This document shows positions 43,266-56,934 of a stretch of DNA of 64,000 bases, in pieces (position 1 is the first letter of the stretch; each line of letters begins with the position of its first letter). Source of the stretch: Eledone cirrhosa (Eukaryota). Below the pieces are notes generated by a model that saw nothing but the letters and a program-made list of their open reading frames with translations, was not told where the DNA came from and did no database searches. A program made the translations under genes and the position numbers. Where the stretch lies: NCBI GenBank assembly GCA_964016885.1, contig OZ024752.1:46376001-46440000 (forward strand), written 5' to 3'.

Positions 43266-43704
43266 GGCGGTGGATTGGCAGTATCGGTAGAGGGTCGGAA
43301 GCCATACTTTTCAGCATAGAGTTACGGCCCTTTATTATCTTAGTTCAAATCCCGTCGAGGTTAACTTTGTTTTTCATCCTTACGAGGTCGATAAATTAAA
43401 GTACCAGTCACACAGTGGGTCGATTTAATCGACGAACCCCTACCGCCTTGTACCTATATAAGAAACCATAATTAGGGATAGGAAAAATTAAATAAAACTT
43501 TCCTCTGAGCTGCCAAATAATTGTTTCTACTTTTAGCACAAGGCCAGCAAGTACCCAGTACATTACTGGTACTTTATGTTATCGACCCGGTAAGGATGAA
43601 AGGCAAAGTTAACCTCGACTGGATTTGAACTCAGACCGTAAAGGGTGTAACTATGCTGGAAAGCATGGCGTCTGACGCTCTACCGATACTGCCAACCCAC
43701 CGCC
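43266..43704. mobile_element. Tail-to-tail pair of family A SINEs
   Basis: + copy 43266-43470, - copy 43521-43704. Confidence 0.8.
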
Positions 43705-44599
43705 TGAGCTGGCAAATAATGTGAGTTATCTATTTGACCGCCTGTGGCAACAATAAGGGTTTGAATGAAAAACCTATTTTCAAATTATGATAAATATTCA
43801 AGAGTGTTATATTGTTGAAAACCTTCAGATAAAATGTCATTCGGATGAAAATAACTTTGTATATTTAATGAATGCTGCTTCTTAAACTGAGTTCCAATAA
43901 ACCAATGAAAAAAAAATGTATGTTTAGAAAATTGAAGGAAATTCTTAGTTGACAAAGATATCGCTGTTTCTAAATTTGGCGAATCTTAAGATATCTTAAT
44001 GTAGCAAACGTTAAAAGCAGGGGCTAACAATATATCTTAATTACAGTGTATATATATTTCAGAATTGCAGTTTTACGGTCGTTTATTCGTTTCTACTTTT
44101 TATCAAAGCTTCGTGTGTTTTCAGCGGAATCTAATGGAAATTTGAAGTAGAAAACAAGAATGCAAAACTGATGTAAGGAATATACATAGCTATATATTCC
44201 TTAGGTTATCAGGACTCAGTAAATTCTAGTGCCCCCAAAAATATTAACGCTTTCATTACCATATATTTTTCTAATGAAGACACTGCCTATCGTTTTCAAA
44301 TAATTTTAAAAACAATCAAACATTTGGAAGGGTTTGATGATATAATTAACGTTCTCATTATTTTTATATTTTGGGGGATGGTTATGTTGTTCTAATATTG
44401 CCATAAAAATATAGTAAAACACACTCACTGTTTGGTTTGGTTTTCGCTTCTGTGTATCTTTATATTAATATTTCTATAAATAATTTAGCTGGCAATCATT
44501 AAGTTGGTGTTTAAAACATACATAACTTAACAAAGGTTCTTAGATAAAATTATGACGGAAGGTCTTTAGATAAATATAAACACTTTTGTATCATAAATG

Positions 44600-45265
44600 G
44601 TTTCTTATATAGGCACAAGGCCAGCAATTTTGGAGGGAGGGGAAAGTCGATTAAATCGACCCCAGTGCGTGACTGGTACTTTATTTTATCGACCCCGTAA
44701 GGATGAAAGGCAAAGTTAACCTCGGCGGGATTTGAACTCAGATCATAAAGAGCCGTAACTCTATGCTGCAAAGCATGGCGTCCGATCCTCTACCGCTACT
44801 GCCAAACCACCGCCATTTTGAATCATAACTAAAACGAGAACTGGTTTGTTTTGTAGGCAGTTTGGTATGAAAAGGGTCCATTATTTGTCCGACTCCGTGA
44901 ATGTTTTACATGATTTTCCAAACAATCTAATTATAGCTATTAACCTTTATTGTAGTTATAGGACGGTGGATTGGCAGTATCGGTAGAGGGTTGGGCGCCA
45001 TGTTATATTTGATTTATTAACTTAACTAATGTAATTCTGTAGACTTTTAGTTCACTTCTATTGCACTATTATTAATTGGCAGTATCGGTAGAGGGTCGGA
45101 CGCCATGCTTTCTAACATAGTTACGTCCCTTTACGGCCGGAGTTCAAATCCCGTCGAGCTTAACTTTGCCTTTCATCCTTACGGGGGGGGGGGGGGTCGA
45201 TAAAATAAAGTACCAGTAATGTACTGAGGAGTGATTGCTGGCCTTATGCCAAAAGTAGAAACAAT
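44600..45265. mobile_element. Head-to-head family A SINEs
   Basis: - copy 44600-44813, + copies 44961-45001 (head only) and 45075-45265. Confidence 0.8.
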
Positions 45266-45968
45266 TGTAGTTATCAGCATCGGGGCGAAAATATTTTCAA
45301 ATTCCAATGTGAAATATTTTAAGAGGTCTATAAAGGAATGAAAGCTGCCATATTTGTCGGGTCTTTTCGTCATTGGTAAATACCATTGAGAGGCAGCAGA
45401 CAGTGTGTAGGGACGATATGAGGGATAGAATATCAGTTAGTGGTGATAGGAAATGTCAAACGGTGATAGAAGTGTCAGGGTGGATTCATACAACATTCCT
45501 TAGTTGTTATTGTTGTGGTGGTGGTGGTTGTGGTTGCGGTTGTGGTTGTGGTTGCGGTTGTGGTTGGTTGTTGTCGTTGTGGTGGTGGTGGTTGTAGTAG
45601 TGGCTGGTGTGTTTTTGTGGTGGTGGTGGTGTTGGTAGTGGTGGTGGTGGTTGGTAGTGGTGGTGGTGGTGGTGGTGGTGGTGGTAGTGGTGGTGACGGT
45701 GGTGGTGGTGGTGGTGATGGTGGTGGTGGTGGTGGTGGTAGTGGTGGTGACGGTGTTGGTAGTGGTGGTAGAGGTGGTGGTGGTGGTGCTGGTGATGATG
45801 GTGTTGGTAGTGGTGGTAGAGGTGGTGGTGGTGGTGTTGGTAGTGGTGGTAGAGGTGGTGGTGGTGGTGGTGGTGTTGGTGTTGGTGGTGGTGGTGGTGG
45901 TGGTGTCTTTCTCCTTATACACTCAAAGATATGCTGGTATTTGGCAGTTTGTTTTATTGGTGGACATT

Positions 45969-46016
<48 letters not shown>

Positions 46017-46066
46017 ACACACCACACATACACACACACATACACACATACACACACACACACATA

Positions 46067-46098
<32 letters not shown>

Positions 46099-47335
46099 TA
46101 CACACATACACACATACACACATACACATACATATTGGGGTATTGGGGTCGGTGAACGGAATAAAGACAGAAGAAGAAGAAGAAGAAGAAGAAGAAGAAG
46201 AAGAAGAAGAAGAAGAAGAAGAAGAAGAAGAAGAAGAAGAAGAAGAAGAAGAAAGAAAGACAGAAATAAGGTAAATTGTTGGTTGGCAACCAGAACAATG
46301 ATACAGAATAGGTATGTTGTTAGAAGATAAGAACTAGTCGTTTATCACGTAGGAAACTGCGGCCCGCGAGCCGTATGTGGTCCGTTTATACATACATACA
46401 TATATATATATACATATATACATACATACATATATATATACATATATACATACATATATATATATACATATATGGTGGCTGCCAACTCGTTTTCGAGTAC
46501 GGCCACTACTTTATATCCATGTAGGAGAACCCCTACCGATGCGCTGAACAAGTGTGACTTTTTAGTCCAGCCAGCGACTTGAAAACTCTGTTACAAACAC
46601 TACACTTGTGATAATTATTGACACATAGTGCTGGGCCCATGGTACCATGTAACGACAAGTGCAGAGAGATCTCCAGATATAAAGCAATGCCTGTGCCGTG
46701 AAGCTTTTATAGTGAGCAAAGGCACTGCACAAAGCCAGTCCCACTCTCTTAACCAAGATGATATTTACCAAAAAGAAGAACCAGTCAACATCATTGGATA
46801 CCATCAGGGTTGCAGGTGTTATATCAGAGTTTTCCTTCTCCTAGAATTCTGCCTTGACAAAGGCTAAGGGGCCATCTTTCCCGGTGATTTTGGATGGCCA
46901 TTGACTCTTAAGAGCTCCTTTGCCCTTTGACAGGTTTTGTTTTTAGTCCTGCAGGATGTCCAAAGTCACCCTCGTCACCAAGAAACCTTGGTGGGGTTGC
47001 CAGGCGGACTGGCCAGGTTGCCCAATAGCAACTGGGCCCACGGTAGCATTGCAAGAGTCCACAGTAACATTACAGGGCCCACTGTAGTATTTTAGGGGCC
47101 AATGCTTTGCTTTCAAAAAATACCTGAAGTCTAAGAGAAAGAATAAATTATTTTAAAAAATAAATAAAACAATTAAGCAAAGCATTTGGTCAAACAATTC
47201 CCTGGGGAATTACTGGTAACCAAAATATACGACAGTGGAAATAGCTGGAATCAGTGGTTGTACATTCTACTAAATCTAAAGCTTAGTGTATTTATTCATG
47301 CATGCAATCATACATATAGAGACACAGACACACAA

Positions 47336-47371
<36 letters not shown>

Positions 47372-47465
47372 CGAGAGAGAGATAGATAGATAGATAGATA
47401 GATAGATATAGATAGATATATATAGATACATATAGATACACACGACACACACGCGCGCGCGCGCG

Positions 47466-47545
<80 letters not shown>

Positions 47546-47700
47546 CAAATCATAGCAGATTCAAATATCAGAGAGAGGGGGAGAGGGAGAGAGAGAGAAA
47601 TGAGGTCCAACAGACATGAAACATGGATTACAGGTTAAAATATAGTCTAGATAGATGTGAAACAAAACGAGGATGGAGTTTATGGAACACCCAAATGATT

Positions 47701-48132
47701 TAGAAGTCAACCTTAAGTAGGAGAAATGACATTGAGAAAGACATGAACGACACCACAACACTTTGTTTTGAAAATTTTGAAAGTAGGTTTATAAGTATGA
47801 ATTTTCATAAGATTTTCGTAGTTGTCTCTGTGGCCCAGTGGTAGGTACTAGAGATGGTGGAGATCCTGGTGTTTTGTTCAATCCTGGTCAAGAGGTACAA
47901 GTAACCTTTTTCAGTTTTATTTTATAACACAGAAAAAAAAACTGAAAAGGTTCACTGAGAAACCTACTCTCGACTAGGATTGAACATCCGACGACGATCA
48001 CCACTGTCTACGATTGACCCAACTAGGCCACCGAGACAGCTACAAAAGTTAAGTGAAAATTGATAATTATAAACCTACTTTCAAAATCAAAGTTTCCTAG
48101 AGCTATTAGTAATATTTAAGGTCGACTTCTGG
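47701..48132. repeat. Diverged inverted repeat carrying two convergent tRNA-like units
   Basis: Both arms share ttttgaaagtaggtttataa, gtctc.gtggcc.agt.gg (A box), GTTCAATCC (B box) and aaccttttcagtttt. Confidence 0.7.
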
Positions 48133-48344
48133 TCGTTATTGAAAGTCTCTGGATTTCGCAAAATACACAATATTTTTTATTGGAGAAGCTAAGATATTTT
48201 TCCGCAAAAATTTAATTGCACTATTTTGTTTCCACTTATGTATTTTTCGAAAATCTTATTTATTCATTATAAAAATTAAATGATAGCATTTTATATGTAG
48301 GTGGGCTCCCTTCATCTCCTGGCAACCGATATATTTAGACCCAG

Positions 48345-48645
48345 TCCGCTACTCCCTGTAACATATCCTGAACAAGCAATGCCTGTGCTTTGAACGTTTT
48401 TAAGTGGGGAAAGGCCTTGCACTCGACCAATCCCACTCTCTGAGCATCGAAAACACTGCCCGAAAAGGAAAACTGGTCAACATCATCGGATGCTTCCGAA
48501 ACCGCTGATTTTTTTTTTGGGGGGGGGGGGGGGGTTTCAGAGTTTTCCTCTCCTAGAAAGGTGTTGTCACAACAACTGGGGGACTTTCACTCCCAGGTGA
48601 AAAAAAAGTACTGTTTGGATGGCTGTTGACTCTGCTGAGGTCCTC
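48345..48645. repeat. Dispersed repeat (possibly a LINE 5' region), also at ~31790, 32145 and 46680
   Basis: Shared gcaatgcctgtgcttgaag...ggaaaggccttgcac...ccaatcccactctctgagcatcg...gtcaacatcatcgga...ctcctagaaagg. Confidence 0.65.
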
Positions 48646-48660
48646 CATACATACATACAT

Positions 48661-49110
48661 GTAGAACTGATGAGAAATCTGCAGATACTCCACCCTAATT
48701 ACACCTTCAGATTTATGCTTGTGATTATTGGGGCACTGGGGTATGTTGATAACTGCCTCAATACAAATCTTGAGAAGCTGGGCTTCACAGGAACAGAAAG
48801 AACACAACTAGTTAGGAAATTACAAGTACAATCCATTAATGGAATAGTAAAAATATGTAAAATATTCCAAAAATGTTGCATCTAATAACTGCATATACAC
48901 ATGTACAGATACAAAGCATATACACATGCACACATACAACTCAAAACATACACATCCACACATACAATAACATCCATATCTACACATGCATGCAGACATA
49001 CATATCTACCTAGTTGATGTGTAAATTCCAATGAGGGAGTCTTGTGTCTATGTTAGAAAGCGACTCTCTCTCCATTGGTTAAAAATTTGTGAAATTATAA
49101 AACCAGAAGA
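48661..49110 (+). mobile_element. 5'-truncated Dong/R4-like non-LTR retrotransposon (C-terminus plus 3'UTR), family 1
   Basis: VELMRNLQILHPNYTFRFMLVIIGALGYV...SINGIVKICKIF* is homologous to the end of the 49253 ORF; flanked by (CATA)n on both sides. Confidence 0.8.
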
Positions 49111-49252
49111 ACATACATACATACATACATACATACATACATACATACGTACATACGTACATACATACATACATACATACATACATACATACATACATAC
49201 ATACATACATGCATACATACATACATACATACATACATACATACATACATAC

Positions 49253-49911
49253 AATAAATGTAGGCTATGTAAAACAAAGATCGAGGATGTAAGCCACATT
49301 GTTGCCAGCTGCGAAAGAATGTCATCTCGCTACTACCTCCCCATGAGACACGATGGGATAGCTAGAACTATCTGGAACGCACTTCGGAAAACAAAATTAA
49401 CAACAAATGAGGAAGAATATATTGAGACAGATGGCACTAAGGAATACTGGTGGAACCTGAAAATAAAAACTGCCACCAAATTAAAGCACAACCGGCCTGA
49501 TATTGTAGTTTGGGACCACACATTGAAAACGTGTTCTGTTGTGGAGATCAGCTGCCCACTTGATGTAAACGTTGTCAGAAAAATACAGGAGAAGGAGGAC
49601 ATCTACGGACCATTGATGAGGAGCTTACAAATCCAGTATCCAAGATACACCTTTAGCTTCATACCCATCATTATTGGTGCTACGGGTTATATACCAACCC
49701 GCTTGGACCAAAGTATGACCGAACTTGGATTTGCGGACAAAAAGCGCAGCTCCCTAATTCATAGTCTACAAATGGCTGCGATAGCTGGCACCTTCAAAAT
49801 ATGCAAAACATTCTTGCGATTCAAGGGATGACAATTTCTTTTCTTTTACAACCTTGCCACCAGGAAGGTGGCCGGTCAAAAAAATATACTCGAAATTAAG
49901 AGAAAGAGAAA
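49253..49911 (+). mobile_element. 5'-truncated Dong/R4-like retrotransposon: CCHC knuckle plus restriction-like endonuclease, intact frame
   Basis: CRLCKTKIEDVSHIVASC, RHD, RPDIVVWD...VVEISCP...KEDIY (PD..D/E RLE); stop at 49831; flanked by (CATA)n. Confidence 0.9.
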
Positions 49912-49989
49912 ACATACATACATACATACATACATACATACATACATACATACATACATACATACATACTTATAGATAGATACATTCAA

Positions 49990-50165
49990 ACATACGGAAA
50001 GGTAATTGGTTCGGAAGAGTTCAGAAACATCAACACAGCATATTTATAGACAGATCTGGAAGTGTATGCCAAGATTATAAATGGTTTGAAGAAAAACCTT
50101 GACTTCGCTATGACATTTTCGAAAGATGTAGGGATGGAATTTGGCAAGAATGAATCTCTAAGTCT
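49990..50165 (+). mobile_element. Decayed Dong/R4-like reverse-transcriptase fragment
   Basis: YL*TDLEVYAKIINGLKKNLDFAMTFSKDVGMEFGKNES corresponds to DDLKLYA...FS.DIGMEFG.DKC. Confidence 0.7.
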
Positions 50166-50291
50166 TAGAGTTTGATGAAAATATTTCCTATGATGAAAGA
50201 TACAAAAACAAACGGAAGACATCTATTGATCATTGATGAGAATTTTGCAGATCAAGTTCCCCCAAAATATATATTCAGTTTCATACTTATT

Positions 50292-50440
50292 GGCGGTGGA
50301 TTGGCAGTATCGGTAGAGGGTCGGACGCCATGCTTTGCAACATAGAGTCACGGCTCTTTACGTCCCTTTACGATCCGAGTTCAAATTCCGCCGAGGTTAA
50401 CTTTGCCTTCTATCCTTACTGGGTCGATAAAATAAAGTGT
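50292..50440 (+). mobile_element. tRNA-derived SINE family A (3'-truncated)
   Basis: Match to the 5227 element. Confidence 0.8.
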
Positions 50441-50441
50441 A

Positions 50442-50501
<60 letters not shown>

Positions 50502-50531
50502 AGATCAAAAGATGGTTAAAAGAGTTCCATG

Positions 50532-50599
50532 TATTTTATTATGCGCATTTCAAAAACAAATATCATGGGATGATATTTGCGTTCTCATCAGATGAAATA
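50532..50599 (-). ncRNA. Type I hammerhead motif (family of 56686/56864)
   Basis: tatttcat-CTGATGA-gaacgcaaatatcat ccc atgatatttgttttt-GAAA-tgcgca-TA-ataaaata. Confidence 0.8.
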
Positions 50600-50808
50600 G
50601 GGAGACATCATATGAAGCTTAAAAAACACTTGCGAGCAGTGAAGCGTTAAATATATATACATATATATATATTAGACGTATCCGTCGAACCTGCGGGTCC
50701 AGAATCAGACAGATCCACACAATGATCGCGTCTCAAGCTGTCCGCCGGGGAAACAATTGTAACACCCAATAAATTGAGTTCAGATGCATCACTGATTTTT
50801 CGTTTTCT

Positions 50809-50874
<66 letters not shown>

Positions 50875-50875
50875 C

Positions 50876-50955
<80 letters not shown>

Positions 50956-51905
50956 TAAAGGTAAATACAATCTTTCTCTTAAGACTTTGATAAGACACCG
51001 GTAGGATTTCAGGAATTCGACCTGATGACGTCATAAGTCAAGAGGTGTGTTATGTAGAGTCGTGGTGGCGGAGGTGGTGATGGTGGTGGTGGTGGCGGTA
51101 TGGTGGTGGTGGTGGCGGCGGCGGTGGTGGTGGTATTGGTGGTGGTGGTGGTGGCATGGTAGTGGTGTGGGTGGTGGTGGTGGTGGTGGTGATGGTGGTG
51201 GTGGCGGTGGTAGTGATGGTGGTGGTGGTGGTAGTAGTGGTGGTGATGGTGGTGGTGGTGGTGGTGGTGATGGTGGTGGTGGTAGTGATGGTGGTGGTAG
51301 TGGTGGTAGTGGTGGTGATGGTAGTGGTGGTGGTGCTAGTGGTGGTAGTGGTGGTAGTGGTGGTGATGGTGTTGGTAGTGATGGTGGTGGCAGTGGTGGT
51401 AGTGGTGGTGATGGTGGTGGTAGTGGTGGTGATGGTGGTGGTGATGGTTGCGGTGGTAGTGATAGTGGTGGTAGTGGTGGTGATGGTGGTGATGGTGGTG
51501 ATGGTAGTGGTGGTGGTGGTAGTGGTGGTGATGGTAGTGGTGGTGGTGGATATATAGACGTAGAGTAATAACAGCAGAGAGCATTTTTTATCAAAGAATA
51601 AAGTGCTCACACATACACACATTTACACACATACACACATTCACACACACACACACACACATTTACACACATACACACATTCACACACACACACACACAC
51701 ATGTACACACATACACACATTCACACACACACACACACACATTTACACACATACACACATTCACACACACACACACACATTCACACACATACACACATTT
51801 ACACACATACACACATTCACACACACATTTACACACATACACACACATACATATACTGACACAGAGAGAGAGGGAGAGAGCAAGGGTGGAGAGAGAGAGG
51901 GGTAA

Positions 51906-51938
<33 letters not shown>

Positions 51939-52331
51939 GAGAGAGAGAGAGAGAGAAAGAGAGAGGGAGAGGGGGCAGATGTGGTGACGTCAATAGTTGA
52001 TTGATTTATCGACAGGTGTGATAGCTGAGGAATTACCTTTCAAAAATGAGGAAGAGGGAGATAAGGGAACAACTGTAAAGACAACACCTGCAGCAGTAGT
52101 AGCAGCAGCAGCAACAACCACAACAACAACAACAACTACAACAACAACAGCAACAACAATAATACCAATAACAACAACAATATCACCACCACCACCACCA
52201 ACAGCAACAACAATAACAACAACAATATCACCACCAACAACAACAACAACAACTGCAACAACAATAACACCAACAACAGCAACAACAATAACACCAACAA
52301 CAGCAACAACAACAACAACAATATCACCACC

Positions 52332-52379
<48 letters not shown>

Positions 52380-52484
52380 AACTGTAACAACAGCAACACC
52401 AACAACAACAACAACAGCAACAACAACAACAACAACTGTAACAACAATAACACCAACAACAGCAACAACAACAACAACAATATC

Positions 52485-52516
<32 letters not shown>

Positions 52517-53821
52517 CAACAGCAGCAACAACAGCAACAACAACAACATCAACAATAACACCAACAACAGCAACATCATCAACATCATCATCAACACCAA
52601 CATCATCATCACCAGCAACATTCCCAGACAGGGCGGCACTTTCTGTCCTTGAGCAAGACTCTTTACTTTCAGTTGCTCCAGTCCAGTCAACTAGAACAAA
52701 CGACACTGGTGCCGAATTCTATCGATCTGTGTCTTCCTCTAACTTAACAGTTAGACAAAACAGAGATCGATAAACCTATACCAAGATTGAAAATTGAAAG
52801 AAATATATATACACTTGCTGGGTCGATATAATTGGCGCTCCGTCGATTACGGCGACGTGTGTTACAGTTGATACGATCAACGGAACATCCTGCTCGTGAA
52901 ATTAACGTACAAGTGGCTGAGCATTCCACAAACACGTGTACACTTGACGTAGTTCTCAGGGAGATTCAGTGTGACACAGAATGTGACAAGGCTGGCCCTT
53001 CGTATTACAGGTATAACTCATTTTAACCAGCTGAGTGAACTGGAGTAACGTGAAATAAAGTGTCTTGTTCAAGGACACAACGCTCTGCCGAGAATCGAAC
53101 TAACAACCTTACGGTTGTGAGCCAAATACCTTTACCACAAAGCCACGCACCTTCACTAGGTCGATATTATTGACAGAAATCCCCCTTCCTCCAGATAGTG
53201 CTTCAGCATAGCCGCCCTCTAACGAGTGGAACCAATAAGAGACACGCTTTCCAGGTAATCCCAGTCGCCAAATGGTCCAACTATATTCCAAGCGAAACTA
53301 ACGAATCTTATGGATGTTATCCAACCAGCTTTCTCATGGTCAACCTATGCAGGTTTAGCTGGCCTCCTCCGAGGTATATCTCGTTGGAGGTGTCTTGGGT
53401 GATTTAATGAGAGGGACGCCAGTCCTATCATCTCATTTCTACAGCTGAGTAAACTGGAGCAATGTGAAATAAAGTGTCTTGCTCACCCGGTCCGAGAATT
53501 GAACTCACAACCTTTCGATTGCAAGCCCAATGTTCTAACCACTAAGCCATGCGTCTTCCCAACCTTTGCGTCTCCCAGAAGTTGGTTGTCGCCTGTAAAA
53601 TCTGTCCAGAGATTCTTTACTTAGACATTCTAACTCCATATCTGCAGCACCAGAGCTGTGATCTCTTGAAGAAGACAAACAGCGGCTCTTCCTGGAACGA
53701 CTCTCTCATATCCGAGCTACGCACCTCATCGAATAACGTTACTACCAGTAATGTACTGAGTAATTGCTGGCCTTGTGCCTATATAAGAAACTATTATTAC
53801 ACCAGCTCCAGTAATTCTTGC

Positions 53822-54102
53822 ATTTAAGTCTGATGCCTTCCATCAATCGTGTAAGCGGCCTCATTAAGTCTGATGTCTTCCATCAATCGTGTAAGCGGCC
53901 TCATTAAGTCTCATGCCTTCCATCAATCGTGTAAGCGGCCTCATTAAGTCTCATGCCTTCCATCAATCGTGTAAGCGGCCTCATTAAGTCTGATGCCTTC
54001 CATCAATCGTGTAAGCGGCCGCATTAAGTCTGATGTCTTCCATCAATCGTGTAAGCGGCCGCATTAAGTCTGATGTCTTCCATCAATCGTGTAAGCGGCC
54101 TC
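53822..54102. repeat. 40-bp minisatellite (7 near-identical copies)
   Basis: Unit ATTAAGTCTGATGCCTTCCATCAATCGTGTAAGCGGCCTC, no spacers. Confidence 0.95.
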
Positions 54103-54245
54103 GAGATACTTGAACTTCTCCACCTGTTGGCTCTCAGGAGAATCCTCGTAACCAAGCGATGTAGTTACGACGAGAAGGATAAAGGTCGCTTCTGAAAAAA
54201 GGCCTAGAGAGATAGATTAACAGAGAGACAGAGAGACAGAGAGAC

Positions 54246-54294
<49 letters not shown>

Positions 54295-54295
54295 T

Positions 54296-54540
54296 ATTTC
54301 TTTATTAGCCACAGGGGCACAAAAGAAGGGGACAAATACAAAGGGGGAAGTTTACATACAATAAAAACGTGTAAAATGTTATCACAGATGGAATTTAAAA
54401 GTTAGTCGATTTTCCCCAATAGAGGGAGACAGTTTATATGGGTAACACAGACCCCCGAAAAAAATGTGCAACCCTCATCTCCAGGAGTACGAAGAGCTTG
54501 TACTCCTTTCCTCTCCTCCTCCTTTTCCTCAACCTACAAT
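54296..54540 (-). mobile_element. Tx1/L1-like LINE, 3'UTR-only copy in (GATA)n
   Basis: Appears identical to 54560-54801. Confidence 0.8.
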
Positions 54541-54559
54541 AGATAGATAGATAGATATA

Positions 54560-55177
54560 TTTCTTTATTAGCCACAGGGGCACAAAAGAAGGGGACAAAT
54601 ACAAAGGGGGAAGTTTACATACAATAAAAACGTGTAAAATGTTATCACAGATGGAATTTAAAAGTTAGTCGATTTTCCCCAATAGAGGGAGACAGTTTAT
54701 ATGGGTAACACAGACCCCCGAAAAAAATGTGCAACCCTCATCTCCAGGAGTACGAAGAGCTTGTACTCCTTTCCTCTCCTCCTCCTTTTCCTCAACCTAC
54801 AGGCTGATATAGAGAGAAGGCCCATTCACTCGGGCCATTCTCGCCACTTTCACCCACCTTTCATAAAACTTGCTGGGGTACAGCACCTCTCTCTCCATCC
54901 TGATTCTTCTTCCAAAGTGGTATTTGAAAAAAAGAATCAGTTGTTGGCCGGAGAGAAAGGTGTCTGACCTCAGCCCTTTCAACCTTGTCCACCATACAAC
55001 CTCTTTCGCCATAGCTATCACACAAAGGAAAACCGCCTCTCCTTCGTTTTTGAAGGAGGGTGGCGGTTTGATCATGACAATGGACTCGGTGGTCAACTGG
55101 ATTGGTCCCACCCGCGACAATAGTCGTTCTACATAGCCCCACAGGTCAGTGACGCCCGGGCAGTGTATGAATGCGCG
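54560..55177 (-). mobile_element. 5'-truncated Tx1/L1-like LINE (ORF2 C-terminus plus 3'UTR) in (GATA)n
   Basis: AFIHCPGVTDLWGYVERLL...AKEVVWWTR...FYERW is the typical L1/Tx1 ORF2 tail after the zinc knuckle; AATAAA at the 3' end; TSD-like cctcaacctacaatagatag at 54527 and 55178. Confidence 0.8.
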
Positions 55178-55189
55178 CCTCAACCTACA

Positions 55190-55220
<31 letters not shown>

Positions 55221-55279
55221 TGTTTCTTTATTAGATAGATAGATAATGACTTTTTCAATTTTCAACGGAAACTTCAATA

Positions 55280-55352
<73 letters not shown>

Positions 55353-55811
55353 TCATCATCATCATCATCGTTTAACGTCCATCTTCCACGCTTGCATGGG
55401 TTTGGACAGGAGTTTTCCCACTTGTGGCAAGATTTGTTGTCCTGCTCGTATAGGACTGTCTGGCGGGTTTTCTACGGCTGGATGCCCTTCCTAACACCAA
55501 CCACGTTTACAGTGTGGACTGGGAGGTTTTTACCGTGTTACCTACACGGCCACATTACAGCGTGGACTGTGTGGTTTTTTGTCGTGACACCTACACGACC
55601 TCATTTGTTTCGGACTGGATGTTGTGGTGCCAACATAACTTCACATTTAAGGGGGTGGTGTGGATGGGGTGGGGGTAGTGGGACGGGGTGTATTTTGTTA
55701 GAGGTGCCTACTGACTGTAGGTTTCGCTTTGTACTTAGGCAAGGCGGGTCTTCTGTATGACTGTGTAGCGCCAAAGATCTCGGTCCAGTGACATATATAT
55801 ATATATGTATG

Positions 55812-55921
<110 letters not shown>

Positions 55922-56148
55922 AACCAGTAAGACCCCGACAGCTGAGCTCAAGCCGTTTCGACGGCTAATTCTGGACTAGAATTAGCCGTCCAGAATTAGC
56001 CGTCCAGAATTAGTCCAGAATTAGCCGTCGAAACGGCTTGAGCTCAGCTGTCGGGGTCTTACTGGTTCCTATTACCCACTCTACTACCCTAAGTATCGAG
56101 TACTTTGGTGCGTTATGGTCCACCTGGTTCCTTACCACATTTCCTTCG

Positions 56149-56205
<57 letters not shown>

Positions 56206-56438
56206 TATATATATATATACACACATAATATTATATTTTGAGAATAAACTCTCAGTCGTTTACAATAATTAAGCTCCAGGAAAAGGGGCTCTTCCGAGCA
56301 GTTAAATACATTGAAAATATATGATAAACACGAAATGTGTTTATATTGCAACAGACGTTGCAATATAAACACATATATATATATACACATATATATATAT
56401 ATGTTGCAATATAAACACATATATATATATATATATAT

Positions 56439-56508
<70 letters not shown>

Positions 56509-56577
56509 GTCTGTTGCAATATAAACACATTTCGTGTTTATCATATATTTTAAATATACACACATATATAGGATTCC

Positions 56578-56655
<78 letters not shown>

Positions 56656-56685
56656 AGATCAAAAGATGGTTAAAGGAGTTCCATG

Positions 56686-56756
56686 TATTTTATTATGCGC
56701 ATTTCAAAAACAAACATCATCATGCAATAATATTTGTGTTTTCATCAGATAAAACA
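56686..56756 (-). ncRNA. Type I hammerhead motif (left arm of fold-back)
   Basis: Reverse complement of 56864..56934 with 2 differences in loop II. Confidence 0.8.
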
Positions 56757-56863
56757 GGAGAACATGATATGAAGGCTAAAAAACACTTGTTGATAGTGCA
56801 GTTTTAAATCAACATATACTGCACTATCAACAAGTGTTTTTTAGCCTTCATATCATGTTCTCC

Positions 56864-56934
56864 TGTTTTATCTGATGAAAACACAAATATTATTGTTTGA
56901 TGATGTTTGTTTTTGAAATGCGCATAATAAAATA
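56864..56934 (+). ncRNA. Type I hammerhead motif (right arm of fold-back)
   Basis: tgttttat-CTGATGA-aaacacaaata...tgtttgttttt-GAAA-tgcgca-TA-ataaaata; palindromic AUGCGCAU. Confidence 0.85.

Noticed and set aside
53488-53556. tRNA gene on the - strand
   Set aside because: A and B boxes are present but the acceptor stem does not close and the sequence continues into a SINE body.
53822-54102. CRISPR-like regular 40-bp repeats (also 19356, 20471, 425)
   Set aside because: Head-to-tail units with no unique spacers, no cas genes and a eukaryotic context; these are minisatellites.
56305-56378. Additional UUGAAAA hammerhead with long stem III
   Set aside because: Stem II and stem I pair poorly and the hairpin can be explained by local fold-back duplication.
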